A program made the translations under genes and the position numbers. Of a stretch of DNA of 64,000 nucleotides, positions 48,809-60,560 are shown piece after piece. The notes under the pieces are model-generated. The model worked only from the letters and a program-made list of their open reading frames with translations, searched no databases and was not told the origin of the DNA. How positions within the stretch are numbered: the stretch's first letter is position 1; every line of letters starts with the position of its first letter. Location of the stretch: assembly GCA_000388065.2 (NCBI GenBank), contig KB932203.1; one strand, given 5' to 3'. Source of the stretch: Fonticula alba ATCC 38817 (Eukaryota; Protista; Nucleariida).

Positions 48809-50678
48809 CCCGCAGGGAGTCCCCCTTTTGACCTTGGGTTGGTCGTGGGGTGGATCTGAGAACCCCGCGCGCACGCGTGTCTCCCTCCTTTCCTGGGCCA
48901 CCGAACTGGCCCGGTACTCGGCGGCCATCTGGCTGTCGATCTACCCCGCATTCCTCCTGAGGAGGAATGCCATTCAAGCATGCCATAATCTCCCACGGGG
49001 CCGTTCACGTGGGGATCTTGTAATTCAACCTGTGACTTGGTTTATAGAGATTGGGGGATACCACTACATCCGAACATTCTCGGCGTGACGGACTCGTATT
49101 CACGTGCGAGCCCCGCCTATCAGGGTTAAGTGCACCGGCACGCTGGCCCGGCCGCCAAAGGAGCAGAGGTAACGGGGGGGGGGGGGGCGCGGAACGCAGC
49201 CAGCCCCGAGGGCAGGGGGTCCCAGGGGGCGCCGGTCACCGGAGGGATATTCACGGAGGAGGGGCGGCACTTCGCCGAATTTGGAGACCACTTTGGAGGA
49301 TTTTTCCCCATCTGGGCCCTCCGGAGTGTCCCGATTCCGGGGGGGGGGGGGAGGGGGCTGGGCGTCCCCCCTCCCCCCCTTGCAACGAAGGGCCATCCGC
49401 ACGGTCCGAGGGGGAGAACTGGGCAGGACTCCCGGCGCCCAGATGCCCAGTCAATGAATTTCACTCTCCGGCCCCACATAACCCCCCCCCCCCCGGCTGC
49501 GTGAGAGAGCACACGCGTGAGGGCATATTTACGCGCTCCTGTGCCGCCCGTTCAGGTGTGCGGCCTCGACCGGTCCAGAGCGGCGGCGGACCCCTCAAAA
49601 GGGCGGGGCTTCTTCGCTGGCGTGCATCTTCCGGTCGAAAGGCCAGGCGCGCCTTGCTTTCTTCCGCGGTGGGGCGGTATCCTGGTCGCGCTTGTCAGCT
49701 GGCCGGCGACGGCCGGAAAGGGGCGGAAGGGGAGGGGCGGCGCATGTGAAACACGCCCCTGGGGGAAAGGCGGGATCGCCGCACTCGGGGAGATTCCACC
49801 CTTCTCGCGGACCTTCTAGATGTAGCCCGGGCCTCTTGCGTGTGCACCGGGGCTTTCGCCCCTGCCGGCGTGGGGCCGCCCGATCGCCTTCGGCGATCCT
49901 CCCTGCCCAGGGGGCGTGTTGTGCGCATGCGTGTGTGTTGGGCACCACACCAGATACCCATACGTGGGTCTCCCTGGGGGGGGGAGGGGGGGCCGATCAT
50001 CGCAAAAGCAATCTTCCCCAGATCTCCGCCAGTATGATCGACCTGATGTGGCCCCCGGCGCACCTCCCCCCGGGGAGGGGGGCGGGGGCGGGGGGGATGC
50101 GCTGCGCCGACCAGGGGGGCCGGTGGTTCTCTCCTCTTCCGTTTTTCCCGCGGGGGGCGAGGACCGTGCCCGCCCTGGGCGTGGTGTGTGTGTGTGTGTG
50201 GGCGCTTTGGCACTCCGCCCCCCNNNNNNNNNNNNNNNNNNNNNNNNNNNNNNNNNNNNNNNNNNNNNNNNNNNNNNNNNNNNNNNNNNNNNNNNNNNNN
50301 NNNNNNNNNNNNNNNNNNNNNNNNNNNNNNNNNNNNNNNNNNNNNNNNNNNNNNNNNNNNNNNNNNNNNNNNNNNNNNNNNNNNNNNNNNNNNNNNNNNN
50401 NNNNNNNNNNNNNNNNNNNNNNNNNNNNNNCCCCCCCGCGTCCCGGGGCATGCCTCATGCTCCGGATGGGGGAGTCTCCTTTCGTCGAGTGGTGAGCCTC
50501 TTAAGCATCCGCCCCCGGTGGCCGTGTGTACTCCAGCCTGTACAAGCCCAGCCACCTCACCTACACACCACAGGAGACTCTACCCTTTTTGCTCTCCTCC
50601 CCCCTCCCCCTCGTTCTGCCTCCCGCCTCTTCTCTGCGCCCGCCGTCTGTCGCAAGAATACAAACTCCCGACCGCGCC

Positions 50679-52486
50679 ATGTCTGCTGCCACTTCCTCTT
50701 CTCCCTCGCGAACCCCCCTCAATGTGGACCTCGTCTCGCTGATGTCCTCCTCGTCGACCCTCCAACCGTCAAGTAATTCGGCCGGGCAACCGTCGGCCGG
50801 CGCGGCGGGCAGCATCTCTGCCCCCGCGCCGGCTTCCGGTTGCCCGGCCAAGCGACCCCCAACCACCTCCTCCACTGTCCCTCCCGCCACCGCGGCCGGG
50901 ACGACTTCCACAAACACCGCCGCCTCCTCGGCCCCGGCCCCGGCTCGCATTGAGCCGAAGATTCGCATCGCGCGCGAGGACGAGGATGTCGAGCGCGCGG
51001 CCGAGCTGGTCAGCGCCGCCTTCCAATCGACCGCCCTCGCCGAGTGGTGCTGCATCGACCCCGAGGAGCGCTCCCTCTACCTGGATGCGCTGAATGGCGG
51101 GGTCGTTCGCCAAATTGGCCGCGAGGGCCCGGGGCTCGGGCACATTTTCGTGTCCGGGGACTTCAAGGCCACGCTCGTGTGCTCGTATGGCGCGTCACGC
51201 ATTGAGTTCCCCAAGGTCTACCCCAACCGACGGACCTTCGTCATTGATCGCCTTCTGGAGCAGGCCAACGAGGCCATCATGCCGCCAGACGACCATTGGA
51301 TCTTCGTCCTCTTCCTGGCCACCGCGCCAGATGCCCACGGGCGTGGCCATGGCCGGTCCCTCATGAAGGTGGCCTGTGCCCATGCCGACCAGCTGGGCTA
51401 CGCCATGTACCTGGAGAACACAACCTGTACGTTGTTCTTCTTTCCCCCAAATGCCCTGCCCTCCCTTTGCTTCCCATATATCCCCTCTTTCTCTCTCTCT
51501 CTCTCTCTCTCTTGGCCTGCAGAGTGGGCTTGCTTGCTCCAGCCAGATCCTGTCGCTCGGCTGAAGTGTGAAGCCTCTCCTCCGGGAGAAAAAAAAAACC
51601 ACATCATCCCGCCGGGCATTCCCCCATACTAACCCCTCCTCGGCATCATGTGCTTTGCTCCCCTTTCCCCCTTCCCTATCGGCGAAATGCACACACACAC
51701 ACACACCCACACACACACACACACACAGCCAACGAGGCCATCACCAAGTTCTACAAGTCCTTCGGCTTCCGGACTTGGCGCACGGATGTCCTCGATCCGC
51801 AAACCGACCTGGTGGTGCATTACATGCGCCGTGAGCCGCGTGTGGCACAGGCCAGCGTCGCTGCGCGCCTGGCCGCGGCGTCGAGCTCCTGTTCCCTGGC
51901 CCCCGGGCGCCAGGCCGGCGGAGCTGACGCCGCCCCGCCGAGCCCCCAGACTCTGGCCGAGGGCGCCTCGCGCCGTGGCCGGTCGCCCTCTCCCTCTTCC
52001 ATCGACCATCCGGACCGTGCGATGGCCTTCGCCGCGGCGGCCGACGCCGTGGTGTCGGTCCAGTCATCGGCCGCCATTTCCCGGAGCCGGCCCCCTCCGA
52101 CGGCCTTCACCCGCGGGAAGCCGGCGTCTGCTTCGGACCCGGTCATTGCGCCGTCGACGGCCTTCGACCCGGCCGCCGACCAAGTTACCGAGGCGACCTA
52201 CCACCACCTGGCCCTTGGGTCACCGGAGGCCGCCGCGGCGCTGGCCTCCATCTTGAACATCTCCTCCGGCTGCGGGCAGTGTGCCTGCGATGAGGAGGAT
52301 GGCGCCCCGCACTTGAACCACGAGACCGACTGCACCAGCGACTGCGAGGAGTTCGAGCTTGAGAACGTTCCCGAGGGCTGGCTCGGTACCGCATCGGCCA
52401 TTGACTCGGATGCTTCCTATTGCGACTTGCTGTCCAACGTCAGCGGCTCGGACAGCGGCCACAGCTGCGGCGAGGCATCGGACTAA
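50679..52486 (+). CDS. GNAT-family N-acetyltransferase with low-complexity N- and C-terminal extensions; 2 exons (50679-51426, ~51729-52486)
   Basis: Motif A WIFVLFLATAPDAHGRGHGRSLM. Motif B across the intron: MYLENTT|SNEAITKFYKSFGF. Confidence 0.85.
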
Positions 52487-53477
52487 TTCCCGCGCGCGCA
52501 CCCCTGCAGCACATCATATTTATATGATGCACCCTTTCGAATGAGATTGGCTTTTCTCCCCCGACAGTTCCGCCCCCGGGCTCCGCGGCCATACAAACAC
52601 ACACGCACACACACACACGCACACACACGCACACACACACACACACAAAGGACATGCGTGTGCTCCTCTCTATGTTGCTCGATATCACCTTCGTCGCGTC
52701 TGCCCCACTTCCCGCTCCCTCTCCCCCTCCGGGGGCGACGATCGTGACTCCCGGTCACGAGCAGACGAAAGCACCTTCGCCGGCGGTGACATCTGCCCGC
52801 GAAGGGGCATGCTCTCCAGGAGCGCAGAGGACCCCTCCAGATGTGTCTCTCTCCTCCGTATCCGGCCCTTTTGTGTGTGTGTGTGTGCCTGTGTGTATGC
52901 ATGTGTCTCCCCCACATGTCCCTCCCCTTCCCCCGCCAGTGTGTGCTGGCCCTTGTGTGTGTCTGTGTGAGTATGTCTCTCCGGCCTGAGGATGAGTGGT
53001 CCATGTCAGTGTAGCGGGAGCACGCTCATGAGTGTGCACCTTCTCCCCATCATATTTCCTCACAGATTCAACCCTCTGGGATCTCCCGCCTTCTTACTGG
53101 CCCGGCTGCCACGTGTCGTACGCATGCTCAAATACAAATGTGCATGTGTGCGTGCGCTGCGCGTGCGCGGGCCTCTCTCCAACACGGAGAGAACCAATAC
53201 ATCCGCAATTAGTGCACCTTTTGTGTCCCCCTGTGTCTCATTGTCGCGTGTGAATAGCCTGGCTCTCCTTCCTCTCACTCTCCCCTCCAACACCCGCATT
53301 CATCGAGCGGAAGTGGCGCGGGCCGTGTGGAGAGGATGCCTTGCCACGAAAGTCAAGCGGCCTGCCTGCTTTGCGCCATTGAGAGATCTATTGTTCATAA
53401 TGTACACCTGCCGAGAGGGGGGGGGGGGGGGGAGAAAAAGCGAAAGAAGAAAGAAGGGAATGGGCGAGGGTCTTCTC

Positions 53478-55195
53478 TCAGGTGGCATGGAGCCGCTTGG
53501 CGTCCGGGGCATCGGACTCCGCAGGGGAGCTGTCCGAGCGTGGGCGCTTGTTGGAGGGCGGAGCGGCCTCGGTGTCGCCGGCAGCCGAGGCAGCCTCAGC
53601 AGACTTGGCGCGCTCTTCCTTTGCCTTGCGGATGGCTGTCTGAAGGAGAGCATCCAGGGAATTGGCCGCCGGCTTGCCAGCTGGCCCGGCTGATGGAGCA
53701 AATGCCCGAGCAGCAACCACACCACGATACGTGCCCGTGCGGGTGGCTGCGGGCGGGGAGGGGAGGGGGGGGGGAGGGCCCAGAGGAGGGAAAGAAGGAC
53801 CGTAAGCGGGGAAGGCGGGCAGATGTGGCGGGAAGTAGGCAACGACGTCGGGCAGAGGCACGCACCACACTTCAGCAGCAGCTGGCTCGGGTTGCTGGAC
53901 ACCAGCATGCGGCTTGTGGACTGGTCGATGCCAAAAAGACAGCCCCTGGATGGCAGATGAAAGAGGATGACCAGGTGCGTGGAAAGGGAGGAGAAGGAGG
54001 AGAAGAAGAAGAAGAAGAAGAAGAAGAAGAAGAAGAAGACGTGCGTGAGCAACAACGGCGGCCGGGAGAGACGTGACAATCGGATGGACGCACAGGTTGG
54101 CCACATCGAGCGGACTACGAAGCTCTAGAGCGCGCATTGCCGCGCTAGAAAAGATGACATTCCTTCCCTTCGAGTGCCCGAGAAGGATGGAGGCCGTCTG
54201 GATGAGGTTTCGCCGGGATCCAGCATCTATGTTCGTTTTTTGGTTGTTTGTTTGTTTTGTGTTTGTACGTTTGGGAGGAAGAAGCACGGGGGCGGGGGCG
54301 GGAGACATGCCAGAGGAGTCAGGCGAAAGACGTTGAGTTGCGGAATGACAGCCGGGGTGGACATACCAGACAGGGCGGCGCTGTAGCACACCTCGAAAAA
54401 GAGACCACGCGAGATGGCCTGCGAAATGGGATTGCGGCGGAGGGGGAAGCCCAGCCGCCCTCCGGGAGTGGCCCCAACATCCAAACTAATCAGGTCGATG
54501 TCGAGGGTGTTGCAGCAGGCTGGATTCCGGAGCAGGGGCCATGCATGCAGTGACAGGAGGTATTAGTCGGACACCGACGAGTGGCACAGCCCGGGAGGGG
54601 AGTGAACGCACCGAGGAACATCTTTTCGGACAGCGGCTGGACGGCGACGATGTCATACGACGCGAGGATGCTGCTAGTCGAGCCCTGAGGCGTCGTATAT
54701 GCGCGCGTGAGTGGGAGAGGGAGAGAGAGAGAGAGAGAGAGACAGTTAGAAGGCACACATTGGTCAGGAACGCCGACAGAACAGGAGCAGCAGGGCACAA
54801 AGGGAGGGCCGGGCGAGTCGCACCAGTTGCGACGAATCTGACGGGTTATCCGAGACGTAGGTCATGCGGCTGAGCTGGCGCATGGTGCTCTGGCCATCGA
54901 TGTCAGCCTTGGATGGCTGACCGGCCGCGGCCGAATGGGCCATGCGGTTACCGGGGCGGGTGGCCGTAGCAGCAGGCGCACCACGAGCCGTCGACACGGG
55001 CAACGCCACGGGCTTGAAGGAGCACGTCTTGGAGTATGACCAGCCATGGGGGGGGGGGGGGGGGATGGGGGGGGGGCGGGAGGGGGGGGTGAGGGGGGGG
55101 GGGGGGAGGGGGGGGGGGGGGGGTGGGGGGGGGGGAGGGTGGGGTGGGGGGAGGGGGTGGGGGGGAAGGGGGAAGAGGAGGTGGAAGGGAGGAGG

Positions 55196-55249
<54 letters not shown>

Positions 55250-55605
55250 ATAGGACCACGGGTGGACACTGGCGCACATTGTTGTTGTTTAGCTTTCCAG
55301 ACATGTATGTGTTCACTGCAACAGCATGGAAGCCAACTGTGTCGACAATGTTAGCGAAGGAGGTAGGTCAGGTGGAGAAGTCGAGCACACGGACAGGCAG
55401 GTAGATAGAAATACACACACACACACACACGACTGAAAGAGAGGGACAACAGCATCTGATGGGGGAAAGGCAAGGGCGTACACTCATGGCTCCGGGCCAG
55501 CCGGACCGGAATGGGGTCCACGCCATCGCTGGACAGCTTCAGAATCCCAGAGGCCAGGGCCGAGAGGCTGTTGGTCGGCAGGTTCAGATCGTAGTATCGC
55601 TCCAT
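53478..55605 (-). CDS. RPP30: RNase P/MRP protein subunit p30 (RPP30/RPP1); multi-exon
   Basis: MERYYDLNL, RQLSRMTYVSDNP, ILASYDIVAVQPLSEKMF, LDIDLISLD..FPLRRNPISQAISRGLFFEVCYSAAL, RRNLIQTA..SKGRNVIFSSAAMRALELRSPLDVANL, LFGI. TGA at 53478-53480. Confidence 0.92.
54001..54039. repeat. (GAA)n trinucleotide microsatellite in an RPP30 intron
   Basis: About 13 perfect units. Confidence 0.9.
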
Positions 55606-56341
55606 CAGGGGCAGGTGGGCAGGCGGGAGGGGCGCCGTCAAAGGGGAGGGGAGAAGGAGAGAACAGGGACACGGGAGATAAGGCCAGCGAGGGAGGAGGG
55701 CGAGAAGGGAGAAGGGAGCCGGGTACTTGGAGCCCACAGTGCAGCTGGCAGGGAGGTGGGTGTCCTTTTCGGTCTCGGCCGGGTGGTGCGGGGGAGAACA
55801 GGGCGCGAGGCCAGCTCCCGAGGTGGGGGGAGATCGCGGGAGGGCCAAATGGCGCCTCGTGCATCGGGAAATGCCAACGATCGCGCGGCCTGTGTTTGTG
55901 TCTCGCATCCTCCCGGCCAGCGGCCCGCCGGGGGGAGGTTTAAATTGCCTGCCCCCGGGGCGGGGGGGAGGGGGGACGGTGACGAGCGTGCGCCCTCTTC
56001 CGCTCCCCTCCGGTGATGAAGTGGCATCGGAGATCTAGCCGGCCGTTTCGCCATGCTGGCGGACAAGGATCGTCGGAGGAGGAGGGCAGGCGGGAGCCTT
56101 CGTCGGCGGGTCGGCCTTGGAAGGCCCCAAGAAGGGGAACCTCTCTTCTTCCTGCCCACCCTCGGTATAGCTGCGCGTGTGGGCGTATACTCGCCCTCCC
56201 TCCTCTCTCTGTGCCTCCCTCCCCCCTCCCCCGCCTCGCCCCCGCTTCGCCCATTGTACCGCCTCCTCCCCCGAAAGGTCGCGCCTCTCCGTCTCTTCCT
56301 CCCCCTCGTAGGAGTTGCCTCGCTCTCAGACACACCCGAGG

Positions 56342-57752
56342 ATGGCCCTCCCGAATGACAGGCCGGCGCTTACGGCCGCCACAGCGTTGACCTTTTCGCG
56401 CGACGCCCTTCGACTGCATGCGGCCGCGTCTGCCGCCTTTTGGGCCGAGAAAGCCCTGGCGCTGAGCAAATACGAGGATGCATGCGACCAATCGTTGCCA
56501 TCCTCGTCGGCATCGGCATCGCCCCCGGTCGGCCCAAACCCCCACGCAGCCGGCGGCCACCCCGCACGCGATGTCGACCCCTCCGAGCATATGATGACCA
56601 CAACGCCGGGACGGCCGATCGCCGCCGCCATGATGACCCCGGCTCCCGGGGGCAAGCCGGATCTCGGTGGCTCGAGCAGCTTCTCGCCCCAGTTGTCATC
56701 CATGTTCGAGCACTCTTCGGCATTGGACGCCTTTTCGCCGCGTCTCAGTAGCTCGCTGCTGCCCGAGGCCTCGGACCCGGCTGGTGGGCCGTCCGGAATG
56801 CCGGAAGTCGGGCGCACTGCCACCGCAGCCGCCGCCTCGATCCCGCAAATTCTCCAGGAGTACGGGCTCCCGTGCGAGGCTCACTGCTTGCCTGGGCTTC
56901 TGGGCGGTCTGCCAGGCGAGGCGCCCTGGCGAGCTCTGCCGGCCACGGCCTTGGCCTTGGTGTCGCTGGCCGATGCGCATATTGCAGCTGGTGACCATGC
57001 CCGTGCGGCGGGCCTCCTTCAAAGCCACCTGCACCAGCACTCGGCATTTGGAACCCTGTCGCCGCTGCATTGGTCCGCGTGCAGCAGTGCCGGGGTCCTG
57101 GCCGGGGGGTCTTCCCCGCCCGGGGGATCACACGCGGACCAGACCAGCTCGCTGGCTCTTCACCCCTCGGTTCGCTATCGTCTGGCCTTGTGCCTGGTGC
57201 GCGCGCAGCCTCCTGTGCCCCTCGCGTGCCCTTCCAATCGAAGCACTGAGCACATCCGCGACCCTCTCTGACATGATCACCCTGCCCCTTGCTCGGGCGG
57301 CTAGTTCCAGCAGAAGTCCTTCACGGATGTGCTGGACCTCTACAATCCCTCGCTATTCCCATGTGCGCCATGCCGGACCTGCTTACCACCCATGGCTGGC
57401 TCCTACTGACATCCTCCTCCCTGTCCGTCCCTCTTGCCTTCTGTCTCTCTCTCTCTCTCTCTCTCTGCCCTCGCTCTTCCCTCCTTCGTGGGCCCACACT
57501 CGACCATGCCCGCGCCTGCAGCCTCGCCGGTGGAGTTGACGCCGCTACGCGCTCCGGTTCCCTTCCGGCCCCTGCTGGCACAGCTCCAGTTCCTGTGCGG
57601 CGCGGCGGAACTGGCTCTCGGCCGGCCGGACGCGTCGCGCGCGCACCTTCTTTATGCTCTGGCCATCTGGCCTCTCTGCATCGAGGCGGTGGATGCCTTG
57701 ATCGGGTATGGCCTGACTCGGCGCGAAGATGGTGCGTTTGCCCCCCCCCCCC

Positions 57753-57813
<61 letters not shown>

Positions 57814-60206
57814 TGGCGGTGCTCCTCCCGGGCGTGGCAGCTGTATTGACTCCCTCGATGGCGGGTGGGCGGGGGACCTTCTCACGCCAATCGCCAATGC
57901 ATGGGCCAGATCTCCGCATCCTGCGCATGGTCTCGCTCATGGCGCCTTTGGCAAATCTGGATCGCGATTTTGTCACCCTCTACCTGCGGAGTCGGCTGCC
58001 GACTGTGCGTCATTCCTGCCGATTCCCTGTGCCCCGTGCCGATGTTTTGGTGCCCTGCTGACGGGCCTTTGTGCTGGCGCAGTTTTCCCTCGGTCCGGTG
58101 AACAATGAGCTGGCAATTACCCGCCTCTGCCGGAGCCCCTACAATTTGTGTTTCGACCTGGAGACATTGATCGGCTTTTCGCGGTACCGACTGCTGAAGC
58201 ACGATGACATCGGCGTCGTGGAGCTGTCACGCCTGTGCGTCATCACCCCGGCAAGCTTGCATCCTTTGGTTGCGCCCTCTCCCCTGGGAGCCCCTTTTGC
58301 TCGTACTAATCGCGCGGAATGCACTTGCCCTGCAGCGTCCTGTCCACCGACCCCTTCAATACCGACATTTTGCCCTTCTACCTGGCGGCCCTCTTCCACC
58401 AGCAGGATGCGGCCGAATTGCTGGTAGTTGCTCACCGCCTGACCACGCGCATCCCACACCGGGCCATTGCCTGGTATGCGGCGGGCTTGCATGCGCTGGT
58501 GACAACTGGCCACAGCTTGTCTGCCCTGTCGGCGTCGGCGGTGGCCGCGGCCGATGCCACGGTCCTGGCCGGGCACGCGGCGGCAACTGGACTCGGGCGC
58601 GATCCGCTCGGGGCCGGTGGGCCAGGCACCGACGCTGGGGCCGGGGCCGGTGGTGGGATTTTGACTGCCGGACCTGGGTCCGCCAGTGCCGGGGCTGGTG
58701 GCGGTGGTGGCGGAGCCGCCGTGGCGCTGGACCACTTCCGCCGCGCTCGCGATCTGGATGCCAACTTCGCCGCTGTGTGGGTGGCCATTGGGCATGTTTT
58801 CTCGTCGGGCGGTGACGCCGACCGTGCGCGGCGGGCGTACGGCTGTGCGGCCGTCATCCAACGGGGGTACGCTCATGCTCCCATTCCCCTCGGTGCCGGG
58901 GCAGGGAGGCGAGGAGGGCGCAGGGAAACGGCCAGGGCATTCTCGCAAAGGGCTTGCAGCCCCCCTCCCCCCCCCCCTTCACCACTAACAAGCGTCTGGC
59001 AGGTCGCACGAGGCGTGGTTGCACGCGGGCGCGGCATCCCTGCACTTGGGGGATTTGGTGCGTGCGCGGAGGGCCATCTCCTTTGCATTGGCGTCGGCTC
59101 CCGGCCCGAGTGGCCCGGTGGCCGGGCTTGATCCGAGAGTGGCACCCTTGGCGGAGAATGCCGCCTTGCCGGGGTCGCTGCTTGCTCGGGCGCCCTCATT
59201 GGCTGCCTCGCCTCCTTGGGCGGGCGATTTCACCGCACTGAATGAGGCAGCCGTGCTGGCCACGGCCGACCACGAGTACGCAACCAACTTTGGCAACACC
59301 CTCCCTCCCCCCAAGCTCCCCGGCTTAGGCGATGGCCCCCTGGTGCGACGCTTCCTAACATGCGAACGGGCCTCCATCAAGTCTTGACAAGGCCGAGGCC
59401 TATTCGCAGGCCGCGACACAGGCCGCCACCGCGTGCGGGGCTAATCGCCTATCCGCGGCGTCGTGCTGGCTGAATCTCGGGCACATTCTGCGTCTCAAGG
59501 GGTGCGCCTCTGGTTTTCCTGCGGCAGGTGGGGGCAAGGGGCCTGGGAGATGTCTCCCCTGCCGGCTGGGACAGCCCCTGCGCGATGTCCTGCTAATGGC
59601 CTTTCTCCTCTTTCTTTTCTTTTTTTTCGCCCCCCCCCCCCCCTCAGGGAATACCATCGTGCTCGCGCTGCATTGGAGCAGGCTCTGCTGCTTAATCCGC
59701 GTCACGCGCGCGCACACGCCTGCCTCGGCCTGGTCTGCCAGAAGCTTGGTCTGCCTGCGGCGGCGGCGGCCAGCTATCACCGAGCGCTGGCTTACCGGCC
59801 AGACAGTCTCGGCGGAACCACCGGCGGCATGGGGGCCGTGTCGGCCGGGGCGGCCTCCTCCGTAGGATGGTCGATTGCGGGCTTCGGGGATTTGGGCTAC
59901 TCACCGGCGGCCGTGTGCTTGAGCCGGGCCGGGGGGATTGCCCCGCACTCGCTGGCCGCCGAGTGGTCGACCATCGGCTCTTTCGCGGAGATTGCCGCGG
60001 AGGAGGTGTGCGCTGCGGCCGAGGGGAAGCTTTTGCACGCGGCCACGCAGGGCCGCCCGATGGCGGCACCCGCGCCGCGGGACTCCTTGGCCGCCGCGGC
60101 TGCGGCCGTGTCCGGCACAAGCTCGTGGCAGGATTGGTCGGCAGATCGGTCGCAAACACTGCTTGGGTCTCTTCGGCACCAGGCTCTCGGCCGGGCGGAG
60201 AAGTAG
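56342..60206 (+). CDS. CDC16: Anaphase-promoting complex TPR subunit APC6/CDC16, divergent; multi-exon
   Basis: ASAAFWAEKALALS, DPFNTDILPFYLAAL..AELLVVAHRLT..P..AIAWYAAG, ALDHFRRARDLDANFAAVWVAIGHVFS..GDADRARRAY..AA, ALEQALLLNPRHARAHACLGLV..GLPAAAAASYHRALAYRPD. These match the order of Cdc16 TPR motifs. Confidence 0.75.
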
Positions 60207-60560
60207 CGACCTCATGCGGGATCGGCCCAAGTCGGCCCTGGTTGAATATACTTTCCGTGGGCCCCGGTGCACGCGGGCCGGCCAGTGGGCTTTATTCCTT
60301 TCTCGAGCTGCTCCGCCGCCTGCCCTCGCGCCCCAGCCTCACACTCGGCTTTGGGTTTGTCCCATCCGGACGCGCATCTGTACATGGGCATTCCCTTGCA
60401 CTTGGATGTCGGCTCAGGTGCCCGTGCAAATGGGCACGATGGGAGGCATGTGTGAATGTGCGGTTCTGTGGACGTGGGCGCGGGCCTGTGCGGCCGTGGG
60501 CGCGGACATTCCCCGGGGTGAAGGGGCTGGGGAAATTCTATTGTACAAAGGAAGGCGGCT

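Larger units (their letters stand above)
47578..49073. mobile_element. Tandem array of two diverged ~630-nt structured units plus a short terminal redundancy; candidate retrozyme or viroid-like element
   Basis: Block 47607-47693 aligns ungapped to 48240-48326 (67/87 identical; period 633). The second halves 47930-48235 and 48779-49073 share AGCTGCTAAGG, GCTCTCAGGAGGCTC, ACGCGTGTC, CCTGGGCC, ACCCCGCATTCCTCC and GGGGAT..CATCCGA. No conserved ORF. N-gap 48364-48778 hides part of unit 2. Confidence 0.7.

Noticed and set aside
56053-56358. 101-aa ORF upstream of CDC16
   Set aside because: Low-complexity sequence within the RPP30/CDC16 divergent promoter. The CDC16-like sequence starts at ATG 56342 in another frame.
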